From assembly GCA_018267575.1 (NCBI GenBank), contig JAFDYF010000051.1:110068-174067 (forward strand): DNA of 64,000 nt. The letters are read 5' to 3'. This DNA comes from Bacteroidota bacterium (GTDB taxonomy: Bacteria > Bacteroidota > Bacteroidia > Chitinophagales > Chitinophagaceae). Below, in pieces: positions 19,490-28,987 of this stretch (the first letter of the stretch is position 1; every line of letters begins with the position of its first letter). Both the position numbers and the translations under genes were made by a program. The notes beneath the pieces were generated by a model, which saw nothing but the letters and a program-made list of their open reading frames with translations, made no database searches and was not told the DNA's origin.

Positions 19490-21007
19490 ATGTCCCCATT
19501 ATTGCTGTTTTCTTTTGTGATAGGTTATTTTCTTGTATTGCTGATGGTGGCCTATTTCACATCCCGTCATTCCAATAACGACTCATTTTATATTGGCAAC
19601 AGAAATTCCAATTGGATGTTGGTAGCTTTTGGGATGATTGGCACTTCACTATCGGGTGTCACTTTTGTTTCTGTTCCGGGAACGGTGGGCGATTTTGTAG
19701 GCGAACTACCTAAGGCTTTTGGTTATTTTCAGGTAGTGATTGGGTATTGGCTCGGTTATTTTGCGGTGGCATTTATTTTATTGCCACTTTATTATCGCTT
19801 GCAGCTTACCTCCATTTACAATTATTTGCAAACAAGGTTCAATAATATTGCCTACAAAACGGGGGCTTTGTTTTTTATCATTTCCAGAACAGTAGGGGCT
19901 ACGGCCAGGCTCTATCTTGTTATTAATGTACTTCAGATTTTTATTCTGGACCGCATTGGGATTCCCTTTTTCTTTACAGCATTGGTTATCCTCATCATGA
20001 TTTTGCTCTACACTTTTGAAGGTGGGGTGAAGACGATTGTGTACACGGATACTTTGCAAACTACCTTCATGCTATTAGGGCTGATTGTTTGCGTGATTTT
20101 TATTATGCAAAACCTGGGTTTTTCTTTTTCCTCCAGTATGCATGCGCTACATGAAAGAGGGTTGACGCGTATGTTCAATACCGATATCCACAGTAAAGGT
20201 TTTTTTCTGAAGCAGATACTGGGGGGCATGTTCATCACGATTGCCATGACCGGGCTTGATCAGGAAATGATGCAGAAAAACATCAGTGTGAAAAATCTGA
20301 AAGACTCGCAGAAAAATATGGTGGTCTTTAGTTTCATCCTGTTGGCAGTCAATTTTCTCTTCCTCCTGTTGGGAGGGCTATTATACCTTTATGCATTGGA
20401 TGGCCATGCCATATATAGCGGGCATCAACTTCTGCTCAATGGAAAAAATGTGATTGGGGATGATCTGTTTCCCACCATTGCACTCAACTACTTGCCCAGT
20501 GCGGTGTCTGTGATTTTTATCATTGGCTTGGTATCGGCACTTTTCCCCAGTGCGGATGGTGCATTAACGGCATTGACCTCTTCTTTCTGTATCGATATTC
20601 TTGGGTTGAAGGCAAGGGAAGACTTAAATGAAAGACAAAAAAGGAAAAGACGCATGACGGTACATTTCTGTTTTACCTTGCTTTTTCTATTGATGATTAT
20701 GATGTTTAAACTAATCAATAGCAAATCGATCATCAATAATATATTGGACCTGGCTGGTTATACTTATGGACCATTGCTTGGGCTGTTTTCATTTGGCGTT
20801 TTCACCAAACGCAAATTGCCTGAAACCTGGATGATCACGGCCATCGGTATATTGTCGCCTGTGTTTTGCTATATTCTCAGCAACCATGCGGCATCGTGGT
20901 TTGGTGGCTATCAAATAGGCATTGAATTGTTATTGTTGAATGGAGCATTCACTTTTTGGGGCCTGTGGATGATATCAAAAAAAGAACTGCCAGCCCTAAC
21001 AACATAA
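19490..21007 (+). CDS. sodium:solute symporter family transporter
   Basis: About 13 predicted hydrophobic helices in a 505-aa polytopic protein. SSF-like segments LSGVTFVSVPG and VYTDTLQT. Confidence 0.75.
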   Translation: MSPLLLFSFVIGYFLVLLMVAYFTSRHSNNDSFYIGNRNSNWMLVAFGMIGTSLSGVTFVSVPGTVGDFVGELPKAFGYFQVVIGYWLGYFAVAFILLPLYYRLQLTSIYNYLQTRFNNIAYKTGALFFIISRTVGATARLYLVINVLQIFILDRIGIPFFFTALVILIMILLYTFEGGVKTIVYTDTLQTTFMLLGLIVCVIFIMQNLGFSFSSSMHALHERGLTRMFNTDIHSKGFFLKQILGGMFITIAMTGLDQEMMQKNISVKNLKDSQKNMVVFSFILLAVNFLFLLLGGLLYLYALDGHAIYSGHQLLLNGKNVIGDDLFPTIALNYLPSAVSVIFIIGLVSALFPSADGALTALTSSFCIDILGLKAREDLNERQKRKRRMTVHFCFTLLFLLMIMMFKLINSKSIINNILDLAGYTYGPLLGLFSFGVFTKRKLPETWMITAIGILSPVFCYILSNHAASWFGGYQIGIELLLLNGAFTFWGLWMISKKELPALTT

Positions 21008-21135
21008 ATTATCTAATTGTGTCTTTTGTAGACCATTTTCTTTTATAGAACCATAGCCGCAATCTTTTATAATAAAATTAGCAGTTCATGGCTGCAAAGC
21101 ATGGGCAATAGGTGCACAACTCTAAACTCCTTCCT

Positions 21136-21143
21136 TATCTTTG
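21136..21143 (+). promoter_or_regulatory. candidate -7 promoter box TATCTTTG overlapping the predicted TTG start of the O-methyltransferase
   Basis: TAnnTTTG match at 21136-21143. The track start codon is TTG at 21141, so the true start is probably downstream (for example the in-frame TTG at 21156) or the mRNA is leaderless. Confidence 0.35.
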
Positions 21144-21794
21144 CAAAAAAATATTTTGGATATTATTCAGCCAGCAATACAATCTTACACGGAGAAATTT
21201 TCTTCGCAGGAAAATGCTTTGTTGCATGAGATAGCCGTTCACACCTATGCAAAACATGATCACTCCAATATGTTGAGTGGGCATGTGCAGGGGAGATTTC
21301 TATCCATGCTCAGCAAACTATTAAGGCCTAAGCGTATTCTGGAAGTGGGCAGTTTTGTTGGTTATAGCGGTCTTTGCCTCGCTGAAGGGCTGGATGAAGG
21401 AGGCGAACTGCACACTTTGGAGTTGCGGGAAGATGATGCCCAAACGGCGGAAGCCAATTTTAAAAAGTCAAATTATTCTGGCAATATAATTTTGCATAGG
21501 GGAAATGCGTTGGACATTATACCCACTTTGAGCGAGACATGGGATATGGTGTTTATTGATGCGGATAAGGTAAATTATAGTAATTATTATCGGCTTGTTT
21601 TTCCTAGGGTGCGTAAAGGTGGGCTGATGATTGCCGATAATGTGTTGTTCCATGGAGAGGTGATTGAAAGCCCGATAAAAGGAAAGAACGCCATGGCAAT
21701 CCAACAGTTCAATGAGATGATTGAAAATGATGACTCTGTTGATAAAGTCATGCTCACCCTTCGGGATGGTTTGTTTTTGATTTATAAAAAATAA
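21141..21794 (+). CDS. class I SAM-dependent O-methyltransferase (family 3, caffeoyl-CoA OMT-like)
   Basis: ILEVGSFVGYSGLCLA SAM-binding motif, FIDADK, and ADNVLFHG. The start codon is uncertain. Confidence 0.8.
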   Translation: MQKNILDIIQPAIQSYTEKFSSQENALLHEIAVHTYAKHDHSNMLSGHVQGRFLSMLSKLLRPKRILEVGSFVGYSGLCLAEGLDEGGELHTLELREDDAQTAEANFKKSNYSGNIILHRGNALDIIPTLSETWDMVFIDADKVNYSNYYRLVFPRVRKGGLMIADNVLFHGEVIESPIKGKNAMAIQQFNEMIENDDSVDKVMLTLRDGLFLIYKK

Positions 21795-21805
21795 GTAGTA
21801 GCCTG

Positions 21806-22831
21806 ATGAGATTTAGCGTAGCTGTATTTTTTTTAGCGTTTTTAAATTTGAGGATGGGCTTTGCCCAAAAAGCGGACGATATAGAAAGCTATATCAACAA
21901 GTACAAAGACCTTGCTATTGCCGAAATGCAGCGAAGCGGTGTGCCGGCATCCATCACGTTGGCACAAGGGATTCACGAAACAGAGGCAGGCAATAGTGAT
22001 TTGGTGAGAAGGTCGAATAACCATTTTGGCATCAAATGTAAAAACACTTGGACGGGTTCAATGGTATATCATGATGATGATAAGAAAGGAGAATGTTTTA
22101 GGAGCTATGATAAGGCAGAAGATTCCTATCGAGACCATTCTGATTTTTTGCGCAACAGTACCCGCTATTCTTTTCTTTTCAAAATTGATCCAACCGATTA
22201 TACTCAATGGGCCTATGGATTGAAGAAAGCTGGGTACGCTACCAATTCACGTTATCCTGAAATATTGATCAAACTGATTGAAGATTATAACCTTCAGCAA
22301 TATACCCTGATTGCTATGGGAAAAGCCACTCCTGCCCAAGAAAATCTGATTGCAAAAAAAAATGATAGCACAGCATCAGTACATGACGAACAATTGAGAA
22401 CACCTACCCAAAAAAATGAATTAGTGGCTGCCGTACCTGTAAAGCGGGAATATCCCGAAGGTGAATTTGAGATCAATAAAAGCAGGGTGATTTTTGAAAA
22501 AGCGGGCACTTCCCTTTTGTCCATTGCCGAGCAATATCATATTTCATTAAAAAAACTGGTCGATTTCAACGAACTGGAATCGGACAATGTATTGTTGAAA
22601 GACCAACTTGTTTTTTTGGTTCGCAAAAGAAAACTCAGTGATGTGGAATTCCATATTGTAAAAGAAGGCGAAACCGTTTATGATATTTCCCAGAGCGAAG
22701 GGATCCGTTATGAAAGCTTATTGGAAATGAACCGACTAGCCAATGGACAGCAACCTGCCATTGGGGAAAAAATATATTTGCATTCAGCTGCTCCATCAAC
22801 ACCCTTGCTCAACATTCAACAAAGCAGATAA
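21806..22831 (+). CDS. glucosaminidase-domain peptidoglycan hydrolase with two LysM domains
   Basis: GVPASITLAQGIHETEAGNSDLVRRSNNHFGIKC is the mannosyl-glycoprotein endo-beta-N-acetylglucosaminidase motif. There are two C-terminal LysM-like repeats (SIAEQYHISLKKLVDFN and YDISQSEGIRYESLLEMN). Confidence 0.85.
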   Translation: MRFSVAVFFLAFLNLRMGFAQKADDIESYINKYKDLAIAEMQRSGVPASITLAQGIHETEAGNSDLVRRSNNHFGIKCKNTWTGSMVYHDDDKKGECFRSYDKAEDSYRDHSDFLRNSTRYSFLFKIDPTDYTQWAYGLKKAGYATNSRYPEILIKLIEDYNLQQYTLIAMGKATPAQENLIAKKNDSTASVHDEQLRTPTQKNELVAAVPVKREYPEGEFEINKSRVIFEKAGTSLLSIAEQYHISLKKLVDFNELESDNVLLKDQLVFLVRKRKLSDVEFHIVKEGETVYDISQSEGIRYESLLEMNRLANGQQPAIGEKIYLHSAAPSTPLLNIQQSR

Positions 22832-22842
22832 AAAGCAACCCA

Positions 22843-23385
22843 ATGCCCAGCACCATCAAAGTGTATGATAAAACATTTGAGCCTTATCTATCCAAGGTCG
22901 TCATCGCAGAAAGGATTAAATGGATGGCCGAAAAATTGAACAAAGAATATGAAGGCAAAAGACCTTTGTTCATCCCCATATTGAATGGCTCTTTTATTTT
23001 TGCGGCTGACCTTTTCAAGGAACTTTCGATAGAAGCGGAAGTTTGTTTTATCAAGCTGGCTTCTTATAAAGGCACTAAATCGTCGGGACAGGTAATTACG
23101 GCTATTGGATTGGATACTGAGCTTTTTGGTAGGCATGTGGTGATTGTAGAAGATATTGTTGATACCGGTAAAACCCTAAGCGAGTTTTTACCACAGCTTT
23201 ATCATCAACAACCGGCCTCGCTTAAGATAGCAGCATTATTACATAAACCAGAGGCTACAACTTATCCAATTACAGTAGACTATCTGGGCTTTTCGGTCCC
23301 CAATAAATTTCTGTTGGGCTATGGGTTGGACTATGATGGGTTGGGAAGGAATATCCCTGAAATTTATAAATTGGTGGAGGCCTAA
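22843..23385 (+). CDS. hpt: hypoxanthine phosphoribosyltransferase
   Basis: PRPP-binding motif VVIVEDIVDTGKTL, GYGLDYDG, and about 180 aa. Confidence 0.9.
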   Translation: MPSTIKVYDKTFEPYLSKVVIAERIKWMAEKLNKEYEGKRPLFIPILNGSFIFAADLFKELSIEAEVCFIKLASYKGTKSSGQVITAIGLDTELFGRHVVIVEDIVDTGKTLSEFLPQLYHQQPASLKIAALLHKPEATTYPITVDYLGFSVPNKFLLGYGLDYDGLGRNIPEIYKLVEA

Positions 23386-23440
23386 GATTTCAAAATCGAA
23401 TATTGAACTGGATTCCTTTTCACAAAAGAAAGTTTTAACT

Positions 23441-23733
23441 ATGAAAAAACATTTTGTCCTTAAGTTAGTGCCTCGCCGTCCTAGTTATGCTATGGACATG
23501 ACAGCCGCAGAAAGAGAAGTTCTGCAGCAACATATTGTATATTGGAATGGATTTATGGAAAAAGGCTTGGTCTTGTTATTTGGTCCTGTAATGGATCCAG
23601 TGGTCCTTATGGACTGGGCATTGTATTGGTAGATGATGAAGAGGAAGTGAAAGCGTTTATTGCCAATGACCCTGCTGCAAAAATCAATAATTACGAATAT
23701 TATCCAATGATGGCTGTATTGCCTACAAAATAA
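23441..23733 (+). pseudogene. YciI-like family protein split by a frameshift near 23598
   Basis: MKKHFVLKLVPRRPSYAMDMTAAEREVLQQHIVYWNGFMEKGLVLLFGPVMDP continues in another frame as SGPYGLGIVLVDDEEEVKAFIANDPAAKINNYEYYPMMAVLPTK. The two halves together form one collinear YciI-like domain. One base appears to be missing in gatcc|agt. Confidence 0.65.
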
Positions 23734-23744
23734 TCTGTTGGGTT

Positions 23745-24422
23745 TTACTTAGAGGCCTGAATCAATCCCATCATTTCCCGATAACCATATCTGTGAACTC
23801 CTTTTACGGGGAGTTTTGAGGCTGCTATCATTGCTGTAGCCACCATCGATGATTCTATGGGTCTATATTTTCCCATTGCACCCAATAATAATGGAGAAAT
23901 AGCTTTCGAAATATTTTTGGCAAACTTTTCACCGGTTCTGTGTTGCTCTCTTTGACCAAGCAGCATGGATGGCTGCATAATATGTACCGCTTCGAAGGGC
24001 ATGGCTGCAATGGCCGCTTCTGTTTCTCCTTTTAGGCGCAAATAAAAATTGCTGGAAGATGGGTTGGTACCCACTGCGCTCATCAATATAAAACGGGTAA
24101 AGCCGTTATCCAATGCCAGTTTGGCCACATTTACATTAATGTCAAAATCAATGGTTCGGTATAAGGCTTTGTCCCCTTTTACTTGTTTCATGGTAGTGCC
24201 GATACAACTGAAAATGGTATCGCCCATTCCTATAGCATTTTTAAGTTCGGGCAGATTGTTGAAATCAACCAGCACCATTTCGAGTTTTGGTTCTTGCAGT
24301 TCATAAGGTCTTCTTACGAGTATGCGTAGGCTCGAAAAGGCATGGTCATCTAATATCTGTTTCATTACTAGTTTGCCCGTTTGTCCTGTAACGCCTATAG
24401 CATCGGCCCGAATATCACGCAT
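23745..24422 (-). CDS. NAD(P)H-binding Rossmann-fold oxidoreductase (HTATIP2/NmrA-like)
   Basis: N-terminal GVTGQTGKLVMKQIL dinucleotide-binding motif. About 225 aa. Confidence 0.6.
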   Translation of the reverse strand: MRDIRADAIGVTGQTGKLVMKQILDDHAFSSLRILVRRPYELQEPKLEMVLVDFNNLPELKNAIGMGDTIFSCIGTTMKQVKGDKALYRTIDFDINVNVAKLALDNGFTRFILMSAVGTNPSSSNFYLRLKGETEAAIAAMPFEAVHIMQPSMLLGQREQHRTGEKFAKNISKAISPLLLGAMGKYRPIESSMVATAMIAASKLPVKGVHRYGYREMMGLIQASK

Positions 24423-24442
24423 CGTTTCCTTTATTTTATGAT

Positions 24443-24450
24443 TAATTTTG
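24443..24450 (+). promoter_or_regulatory. candidate -7 promoter box TAATTTTG for murB
   Basis: TAnnTTTG match ending 6 nt before the murB ATG at 24457, in a 34-bp divergent intergenic region. Confidence 0.4.
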
Positions 24451-24456
24451 TAGTGT

Positions 24457-25467
24457 ATGCAAATTCAGCAAAACATTTCTTTGAAGCAATTTAACACATT
24501 CGGCATTGATGTGAATGCAAGATATTTTAGTGCCTTTAAAAATGAAGATGAGTTGCGAGAGCTCACCAGTGCCTATGCACAGATGCCGATTTTGGTATTG
24601 GGAGGTGGCAGTAACCTGCTATTCACAAAAGATTATGAAGGGATTGTTTTAAAAAATGAGATGAAGGGTATTACGCTGGTAAAAGAGGATGCTCATTATG
24701 TATACGTAAAAGTTGGGGCGGGGGAAAACTGGCATCAGTTTGTTCAATATTGTCTGCAACGGAATTGGCAGGGGGTTGAGAACCTTTCTCTCATACCCGG
24801 CAATGTGGGTGCAAGCCCGATGCAGAATATTGGTGCTTATGGGGTGGAAATAAAAGATGTGTTTGAAGAACTGGAAGCTTATCTCATCAACGATAACTGT
24901 GTCAGGGTATTTAGTGTCAATGATTGTGCTTTCGGTTATCGTGAAAGTATTTTTAAAACAAAACTGAAAGGGCAGGCTATTATTTTGAATGTCACTTTCC
25001 GGTTGAACAAGATTCCGAAATATAATGTGAGTTATGGGGCTATTGAGGAGGAGCTTTCGCAGATGGGGGCAAAAGAACTAACGGCAAAGAGTATCTCCCT
25101 CGCTGTGATGAATATACGAAGCTCCAGATTGCCCAATCCTTTACGGTTAGGCAATGCCGGGAGTTTTTTTAAGAACCCCTCCATCCCGTTTGAAAAATAT
25201 GATGAACTGAAAAAGTTGAACCCCTCTATGCCCGGATATAAAAATGAAAATGGGTCTGTAAAATTGGCGGCTGGTTGGCTGATCGAACAATGTGGCTGGA
25301 AGGGGTTCCGAAAAGGCGATGCGGGTTGTTATGCACAACAAGCCTTGGTGTTGGTCAATTACGGGTCTGCCAGTGGAAAAGAGATTTATGATTTAAGTGA
25401 AGAAATCGTGCAATCGGTTTTTAAAAAATACTCCATTCTATTGGAAAGGGAAGTGAATATTATGTAG
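24457..25467 (+). CDS. murB: UDP-N-acetylmuramate dehydrogenase
   Basis: LKQFNTFGIDVNARYF, LVLGGGSNLLF, GVENLSLIPGNVGASPMQNIGAYG, and the SAGWLIEQCGWKG-like segment AAGWLIEQCGWKG. Confidence 0.92.
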   Translation: MQIQQNISLKQFNTFGIDVNARYFSAFKNEDELRELTSAYAQMPILVLGGGSNLLFTKDYEGIVLKNEMKGITLVKEDAHYVYVKVGAGENWHQFVQYCLQRNWQGVENLSLIPGNVGASPMQNIGAYGVEIKDVFEELEAYLINDNCVRVFSVNDCAFGYRESIFKTKLKGQAIILNVTFRLNKIPKYNVSYGAIEEELSQMGAKELTAKSISLAVMNIRSSRLPNPLRLGNAGSFFKNPSIPFEKYDELKKLNPSMPGYKNENGSVKLAAGWLIEQCGWKGFRKGDAGCYAQQALVLVNYGSASGKEIYDLSEEIVQSVFKKYSILLEREVNIM

Positions 25468-25478
25468 CAATATCACGG

Positions 25479-26396
25479 TTATCTGCCCTTGATAGGTAAA
25501 TGGATTTCGGCCATCATGCATCTGGCACTTCCACCACCATTCGTTTCGATTGTTTTTAGTTTTGAATGGATAATTTTGTTGTACTTGCCCAGTTTTTTCA
25601 ACTGATCTTTTGTTAGGGATTTGTATGCTTGGGTAGACATGACCAATAGTTTCTCTTTATTGGCATTCTGCACTTGAAGCATATTGCCAGCAAAATGATA
25701 CATCTGGTCCATACTGATTTTAAAAAGTTTCTTTCCAGATTGGTGAACGGTCTCCGTGAATTTTTTCCTTTCTTCCTTATGGTGCATGGAATCGGTGCAG
25801 GCTACCACATATTTATCTGTCACACACATCATTACATTGCTATGGTATATCTGCTGTTTATCTTTATCGACAGCTTCAAAAACAACGGGCTTATAGCCCA
25901 TCGTTTTACAAAAATCCTGTAGGGCTTTTTTGTCTGTACGAGGCGAAAGACAGGCGTACGCAATGCGCTCATCCCGGTCCAAAACCATGCTGCCTGTGCC
26001 TTCCAAAAATCGTTTCTCGTTTTCATAATAACTAAAGTCAACGATCTTGGTTACTTTGAATTTGGAAAAAATAATATCCAACACGGTTTGTTTACGCTCC
26101 AATCTTCTGTTGGGGGCAAACATGGGGTATAAACAGATGGTGCCATTGCTATGAAAGGAAACCCAGTTATTGGGGAAAATGGAATCAGGGGTGTAAGGTT
26201 CTGGGCTGTCTTCCACAACGGTAACGTCTACCTGGTTTAATTTTAGGACTTTTACAAATTCATCAAACTCATTTAATGCGTTTTCTTGTGCATGGCTATC
26301 CTGCCCGCTGGCCTGAAATGCATTGTTGACCGCCGTTTCTGCGTTGAAGGTAAAATTCACCGGTCTGATCATTAATAAATGCGAGGTCGTTTGCAT
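25479..26396 (-). CDS. ctlX: amidinotransferase-fold protein of the arginine deiminase-related / citrulline utilization hydrolase (CtlX) type
   Basis: N-terminus LLMIRPVNFTFNAETAVNNAFQ. The C-terminal catalytic-Cys segment GGGSARCMMAEIHL is typical of guanidino-group-modifying enzymes. Confidence 0.7.
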   Translation of the reverse strand: MQTTSHLLMIRPVNFTFNAETAVNNAFQASGQDSHAQENALNEFDEFVKVLKLNQVDVTVVEDSPEPYTPDSIFPNNWVSFHSNGTICLYPMFAPNRRLERKQTVLDIIFSKFKVTKIVDFSYYENEKRFLEGTGSMVLDRDERIAYACLSPRTDKKALQDFCKTMGYKPVVFEAVDKDKQQIYHSNVMMCVTDKYVVACTDSMHHKEERKKFTETVHQSGKKLFKISMDQMYHFAGNMLQVQNANKEKLLVMSTQAYKSLTKDQLKKLGKYNKIIHSKLKTIETNGGGSARCMMAEIHLPIKGR

Positions 26397-26498
26397 ATAA
26401 TCATTTTGTTAGAGTTAAGATACCGGATTTTTTGATTTGCTGTGTTAGGGTTTTGATATTTTTAAAGTTTGATATTAGCCGCTTATCTCCTTTTGAAC

Positions 26499-27947
26499 TT
26501 AAAGTTCATCTCTCAATAGGGGCATGCTCATGCAATGAAATCCTCCCCGGGCCCTTGACAGTTCTGCGGAAGGCATCAAAATCAAGGTGTTTTCCAAATT
26601 TTCAACTTGGAGTTCGCCCGTTTCAAGTTTATCGATCAGTTCTTTGGCTTTGATTACTTCAAAACCGTTTTCCTGGAACGCTTCCACTGTTTTGTCGTTA
26701 CGATCATATCCCAATACCACCCCTTCTTTGAGGGCAAGCAGGTTGCAGGAGTCTGTCCATTGCTCACGGGCATCAAAAGGAAATTGGTTGTTGCCGGAAT
26801 AAATAAATTTCACTTTTTCCTTGCAATCGAGGTCATGTTCACTGATATCGGTCAATAAATCCTCCAGATTATCGAAAATTTTAGGGTTTTCAATATCTTT
26901 TTTCTTGAACTGGATAATTTTTAGTTTGTCTTCTTTTTTATTGCTTTCCAATATGCGCTGCACGGCGTCAGCATCTTCATGTTTCATTGTTTTCTTTGAG
27001 AAATTACCCAGCATCACCCACACATTTTTTTTTACTTGTGTAAAAACGGTATCTATATGCATGTAATCCCTTTTTTTAGGGATTTTCACAATAGATATTT
27101 TTTTTAGGAGGTTTTTTTCGAACAATATATTGATGGCTTGGTGTGCCGCTTCCATAGAAGTGCGTTCGCTAACGCCAATGAGTATATGGTCTTTGCTCAC
27201 GACCATTACATCACCGCCTTCAAGGGTTACCCTTTTTTCATCCCCTTCTTTTGGTAATAAAAAATGGTGGGTAGTATCGGGCAATTCAATGATTTTGTCG
27301 TTGTAATGCTCAAAAAAGGGGTGGTTGAAAAAAATATATTTAGCAATCAAGGCTTCCCGGGTCCTTGCTTTTCTTGCGGGCTTATTTAATAGGATATGGT
27401 CGTTGATCACAATACCAATGTCGCGGGTAAAAATAAAATTGGGTATGGGCGGAAAAAGCATCCGGTTGTCATTCAATGTACCTGTGATAAAAGTTTTGGA
27501 AAGCGATAGGGCATCTAGGGCCAATAGGTCTTTTTGAGTATCATAAGAGCAATTCTCAATGGCGCATACCGAAGCTACCAATTTTAGTTTTATCTCATGG
27601 TCGTTCAATATATCTGTTAGCAACCATTGCAACTCCACTACTTTTTCTGAGCGAAAGAATTTTGCATTATCGGGTTTATAGAAATCACGATTGTTTTTTT
27701 CGGAATCAATCTCCTTGAGTTTGCCTTTTATTTTTTTGGGGTCAAGAAAGTACAGTAGGATTTTGGTATAAAAATCATACTCGTTTTTACGGATGGTATC
27801 CAGGTGTACGATATCTTCGAAAAGCCAGTCCTGTGCTTTAGACGGCACTACTTTGCCCAGGCCACTATCCGGGCTATGCACCAATAGCCGTCTTAATCTT
27901 CCTACTTCTGAGGATACGCTCAATTCATTGTTACTATTTTTCGACAT
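26499..27947 (-). CDS. arginine deiminase family protein (long, 482-aa form)
   Basis: SEVGRLRRLLVHSPD...WLFEDIVHLD at the N-terminus and RGGFHCMSMPLLRD at the C-terminus match the ends of arginine deiminase. Same strand as, and 102 bp upstream of, the CtlX-like gene. Confidence 0.75.
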   Translation of the reverse strand: MSKNSNNELSVSSEVGRLRRLLVHSPDSGLGKVVPSKAQDWLFEDIVHLDTIRKNEYDFYTKILLYFLDPKKIKGKLKEIDSEKNNRDFYKPDNAKFFRSEKVVELQWLLTDILNDHEIKLKLVASVCAIENCSYDTQKDLLALDALSLSKTFITGTLNDNRMLFPPIPNFIFTRDIGIVINDHILLNKPARKARTREALIAKYIFFNHPFFEHYNDKIIELPDTTHHFLLPKEGDEKRVTLEGGDVMVVSKDHILIGVSERTSMEAAHQAINILFEKNLLKKISIVKIPKKRDYMHIDTVFTQVKKNVWVMLGNFSKKTMKHEDADAVQRILESNKKEDKLKIIQFKKKDIENPKIFDNLEDLLTDISEHDLDCKEKVKFIYSGNNQFPFDAREQWTDSCNLLALKEGVVLGYDRNDKTVEAFQENGFEVIKAKELIDKLETGELQVENLENTLILMPSAELSRARGGFHCMSMPLLRDEL

Positions 27948-28295
27948 AAAATCAAAAATTTAAAAGGATTTGAAATAAAAGATGCCTTAGCGAAATTGCG
28001 AACAACCCTAGTCGGGGATATAAAAATTAAAGGGCAATAGCAACACTGCTAAAGGGCAATAGGCAGCCAATATCTTAATGGTTGTTCTCTGGGCAATCAT
28101 CAGCCAAAGGTAATATTTTAAACTGAGCTTGGTAAAGTGGCAGGTTTTGGGGTTTATTTGCTGCTCCGATGCCCATTCTGTGACATATGCTTTATGATAA
28201 ACAGCTTGATAGCTGACTACATGTTCACAAACTTTACGTGATTTTTTTCAGGAAGGGTTTTTGGGGATACAAGTCAAATATTTAAGATTGCATGG

Positions 28296-28553
28296 TTAGA
28301 TAGTAATACCATGATGCCGAATTAAAGATTCGGCCAATTGCGCACGCTCGATGGTTTGCGAATGGCAATTGAGTTCTTGTGAATCTTCGTTCCAGATTAC
28401 CAAAATATCCTGCCCGGGAAAATCGAGTTCAACTGCATGGAAGATGGACGCAATCCCTTTTTTGATTATCTGCAAGGTAGGGTGTTCTTTTTCACTGGCT
28501 GCATTGGGCAGTCTGTAGTTTTTGTTTTCCAGAATGACATGTAAAGTGATCAT
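28296..28553 (-). CDS. hypothetical 85-aa protein
   Basis: This is the only ORF in a roughly 1-kb gap, and I recognise no motif. The coding status is unproven. Confidence 0.3.
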   Translation of the reverse strand: MITLHVILENKNYRLPNAASEKEHPTLQIIKKGIASIFHAVELDFPGQDILVIWNEDSQELNCHSQTIERAQLAESLIRHHGITI

Positions 28554-28819
28554 AAGTTGAATGACAATCTAGTAAAATCTTTATTTATTTCAACTGATAA
28601 GGTCAAATTTTACCAAAAATTAAGAGATGATTTTCGTCAATGCTTATTAAAGCGTAAAACCAACGCATAGTATTGCTCATGTTCACATGGTTTGATTAGT
28701 GGTTCACGTTTTATTGTTTAAGAACCTTGGCTCATAATGATGGATTGACGATAGAAAGTAGAATGTAGACGGGAAAATAACGGATACCCATACCAATATT
28801 TCATTCTTGATATTTCTCC

Positions 28820-28851
28820 TTTTACAAATTCCCTTCATTTTTACAAATTCC
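28820..28851. repeat. 13-bp direct repeat TTTTACAAATTCC x2, 19-bp register
   Basis: Copies at 28820-28832 and 28839-28851, about 140 bp upstream of the acyl-CoA dehydrogenase start. Possible regulator binding site. Confidence 0.4.
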
Positions 28852-28960
28852 TTGTTCGGATATGTCTAAAAAACATGCCTTTGAACGTTAATTTGTCGCA
28901 ACAGGTATACGGTTGTTTATAATCTATCCTAACAGTTGTTAGTTTTTTCGTTAATTCTTC

Positions 28961-28968
28961 TATTTTTG
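28961..28968 (+). promoter_or_regulatory. candidate -7 promoter box TATTTTTG for the acyl-CoA dehydrogenase gene
   Basis: TAnnTTTG match 20 nt upstream of the ATG at 28988. Confidence 0.4.
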
Positions 28969-28987
28969 TGCATCCAAAAACGAACAC

